Assembly (NCBI GenBank): GCA_951406725.2
Contig: OX597816.1
Span: 58,032,001-58,096,000, forward strand
DNA: 64,000 nt
Direction: 5' to 3'
Source: Octopus vulgaris
Taxonomy: Eukaryota
Position 1 is the first letter of the stretch, and each line of letters begins with the position of its first letter. The position numbers and the translations under genes were made by a program. Of this stretch, positions 62,207 through 64,000 are shown piece after piece. Under the pieces are notes generated by a model. It worked only from the letters and a program-made list of their open reading frames with translations. It was not told the origin of the DNA and ran no database searches.

Positions 62207-63471
62207 CAGAGTGCGTAAGTTATTTGAGCACAGGTTTATGTTTATAAAAAAAACAGATATATAATAACATGATAATTTTATTTATTAAAAAATGTTATGA
62301 GGATAAAAATGAACCTTTTTTTCTATAATTTTATTCAATAAAGCCACCTTCAGCTTCAACAACTGCTTCTATATGAGATCTAAATCATCTACATGCTCGA
62401 ATCGAGTGGTTCATTTGGGTCATTACTCTGACTATGGCAGCTTTCAAAGAATTTTTGGTGTTATGGGTGTGTTCATTGACCTTTCTTTCAACAACACTCC
62501 ACATGTAATAGTCCAGTGGACTGAGATCTGGGGAATTAAGAGGCCAAATGTTAGGGGTTATGTGATCATAAAAATTTTTAGCCATCCATTCCTGTGTTAC
62601 TAGAATCATGTGTGATAGTGCAGAGTCTTACTGAAACACATATGGCCTTCCATTGCATACACTGTCTATCCAGGGCTTCACAATTATTTCCAGGAACTCA
62701 ATGTACGCGGCAGAGTTAACTCTAAGGCCTTGTGGAAAGAAATAAGGAGGCATCACATGTCCTTCATTGCTGACAACCCCTAAAACCATGACCGTTGCAG
62801 CAAATTTTGTATGCATAATACTTGGAACTTCAGAAGGGTCTGCACATAACCATCTGCCATTTCTTCTGTTAACTTTTTGATCTTGGTCGAAGTTTTTCTT
62901 GTTTGAGAAAAACCAGATCATATCTTCTTCTGCTGGATTTTTCAATTTAAGAGCCTTTTAGATCTGATGTAGTGATTTTCTTTTGCCTTTTCTGACAAAT
63001 TGGTCTTTCTCCATAACGTAAGGCTTATATCTGATGTCTTCAAGGACAACATTTCTGACTGTTCCTTCTGACACATGCAAATCTGTTGCAATTGTTCTCT
63101 TGCACTTTCTGGGATTGTAATCAATGATCAGTTGAACTTGCTGAATAACTCCAGGTGTTCTGATGATTTAAGAGGGTTTAGAATGCTTTTTATGTTTCGA
63201 TACTGGTGATATGTTTCCATCTTCAGTCTCTAGCTCCTTAAAAACTTTGTAGACGAAAGATCTGGCAACATTTAAAAATCGAGATAATTCTAAATTGCTG
63301 TGATCAGCCTTTATAACCACGATAACAGCATGCCTAACAGCATGCCTCTTCATTTCTTGAGTAAGATGAGGGTTTGCCATTATTATTTTCTGAAGCAAAG
63401 ATTATACAGAGTTAGCAAAAAATACAGCAATGACCCCAAAAATACATGTCCTCAAATACCTTACGCACCCA

Positions 63472-63474
<3 letters not shown>
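62207..63474 (-). mobile_element. Full-length DD37D (maT) Tc1/mariner element, inactivated
   Basis: TA-flanked imperfect TIRs (gtgcgtaagktatttgag). FQ*DSALSH...SPDLSPLDY has 37 residues between the last two Asp. Confidence 0.88.
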
Positions 63475-63547
<73 letters not shown>

Positions 63548-63600
63548 GTATATGTATATGTATGTGTATATATATATATACATACATACACACACGAGGT

Positions 63601-63658
<58 letters not shown>

Positions 63659-63721
63659 GCTAACCTCATCTATACATGTCTCTTTATATATATATTGGTA
63701 AACAGATATGTATCAATGTAC

Positions 63722-63838
<117 letters not shown>

Positions 63839-64000
63839 CCAAATACGTATGTACCAACACACATATACGCATAATATATACATACTTTGATCTCATATAC
63901 GTAAACAGTTTTCTATTTAAAGGTCTTCGCTTGTACAATTACCTCCCCAAAGAATTGCGAAACGCGACCAAACATTCCTCTGAGACTTAAAGATATCTCG

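Overview
AT-rich, microsatellite-dense animal genomic DNA. The repeat landscape looks like an octopod cephalopod, which is an inference from recognition and not a search. One host gene is well supported: a four-exon, 143-aa NDUFB9 (complex I B22, LYR family) on + at join(22905..23005,28241..28383,29529..29584,37781..37912). Most of the rest is transposon-derived: RTE, CR1 and restriction-like-endonuclease LINE fragments, a near full-length decayed Penelope-like element (PLE), mariner, DD37D/maT and hAT transposase remnants, several MITEs, and three tRNA-derived SINE families. Four observations stand out. (1) A cluster of hammerhead-ribozyme-like motifs from several repeat families, including one with a complete type I core and two unrelated families carrying a compensatory G3-C8 core swap (GUGANCA). 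(2) A multi-kb inverted duplication at the window start whose left arm later gained insertions. (3) A GG-terminal, 8-bp-TSD (Merlin-like) MITE that places NRF1-type palindromes upstream of NDUFB9. (4) SINE concatemers. Most entries in the ORF track are microsatellite or repeat artefacts.
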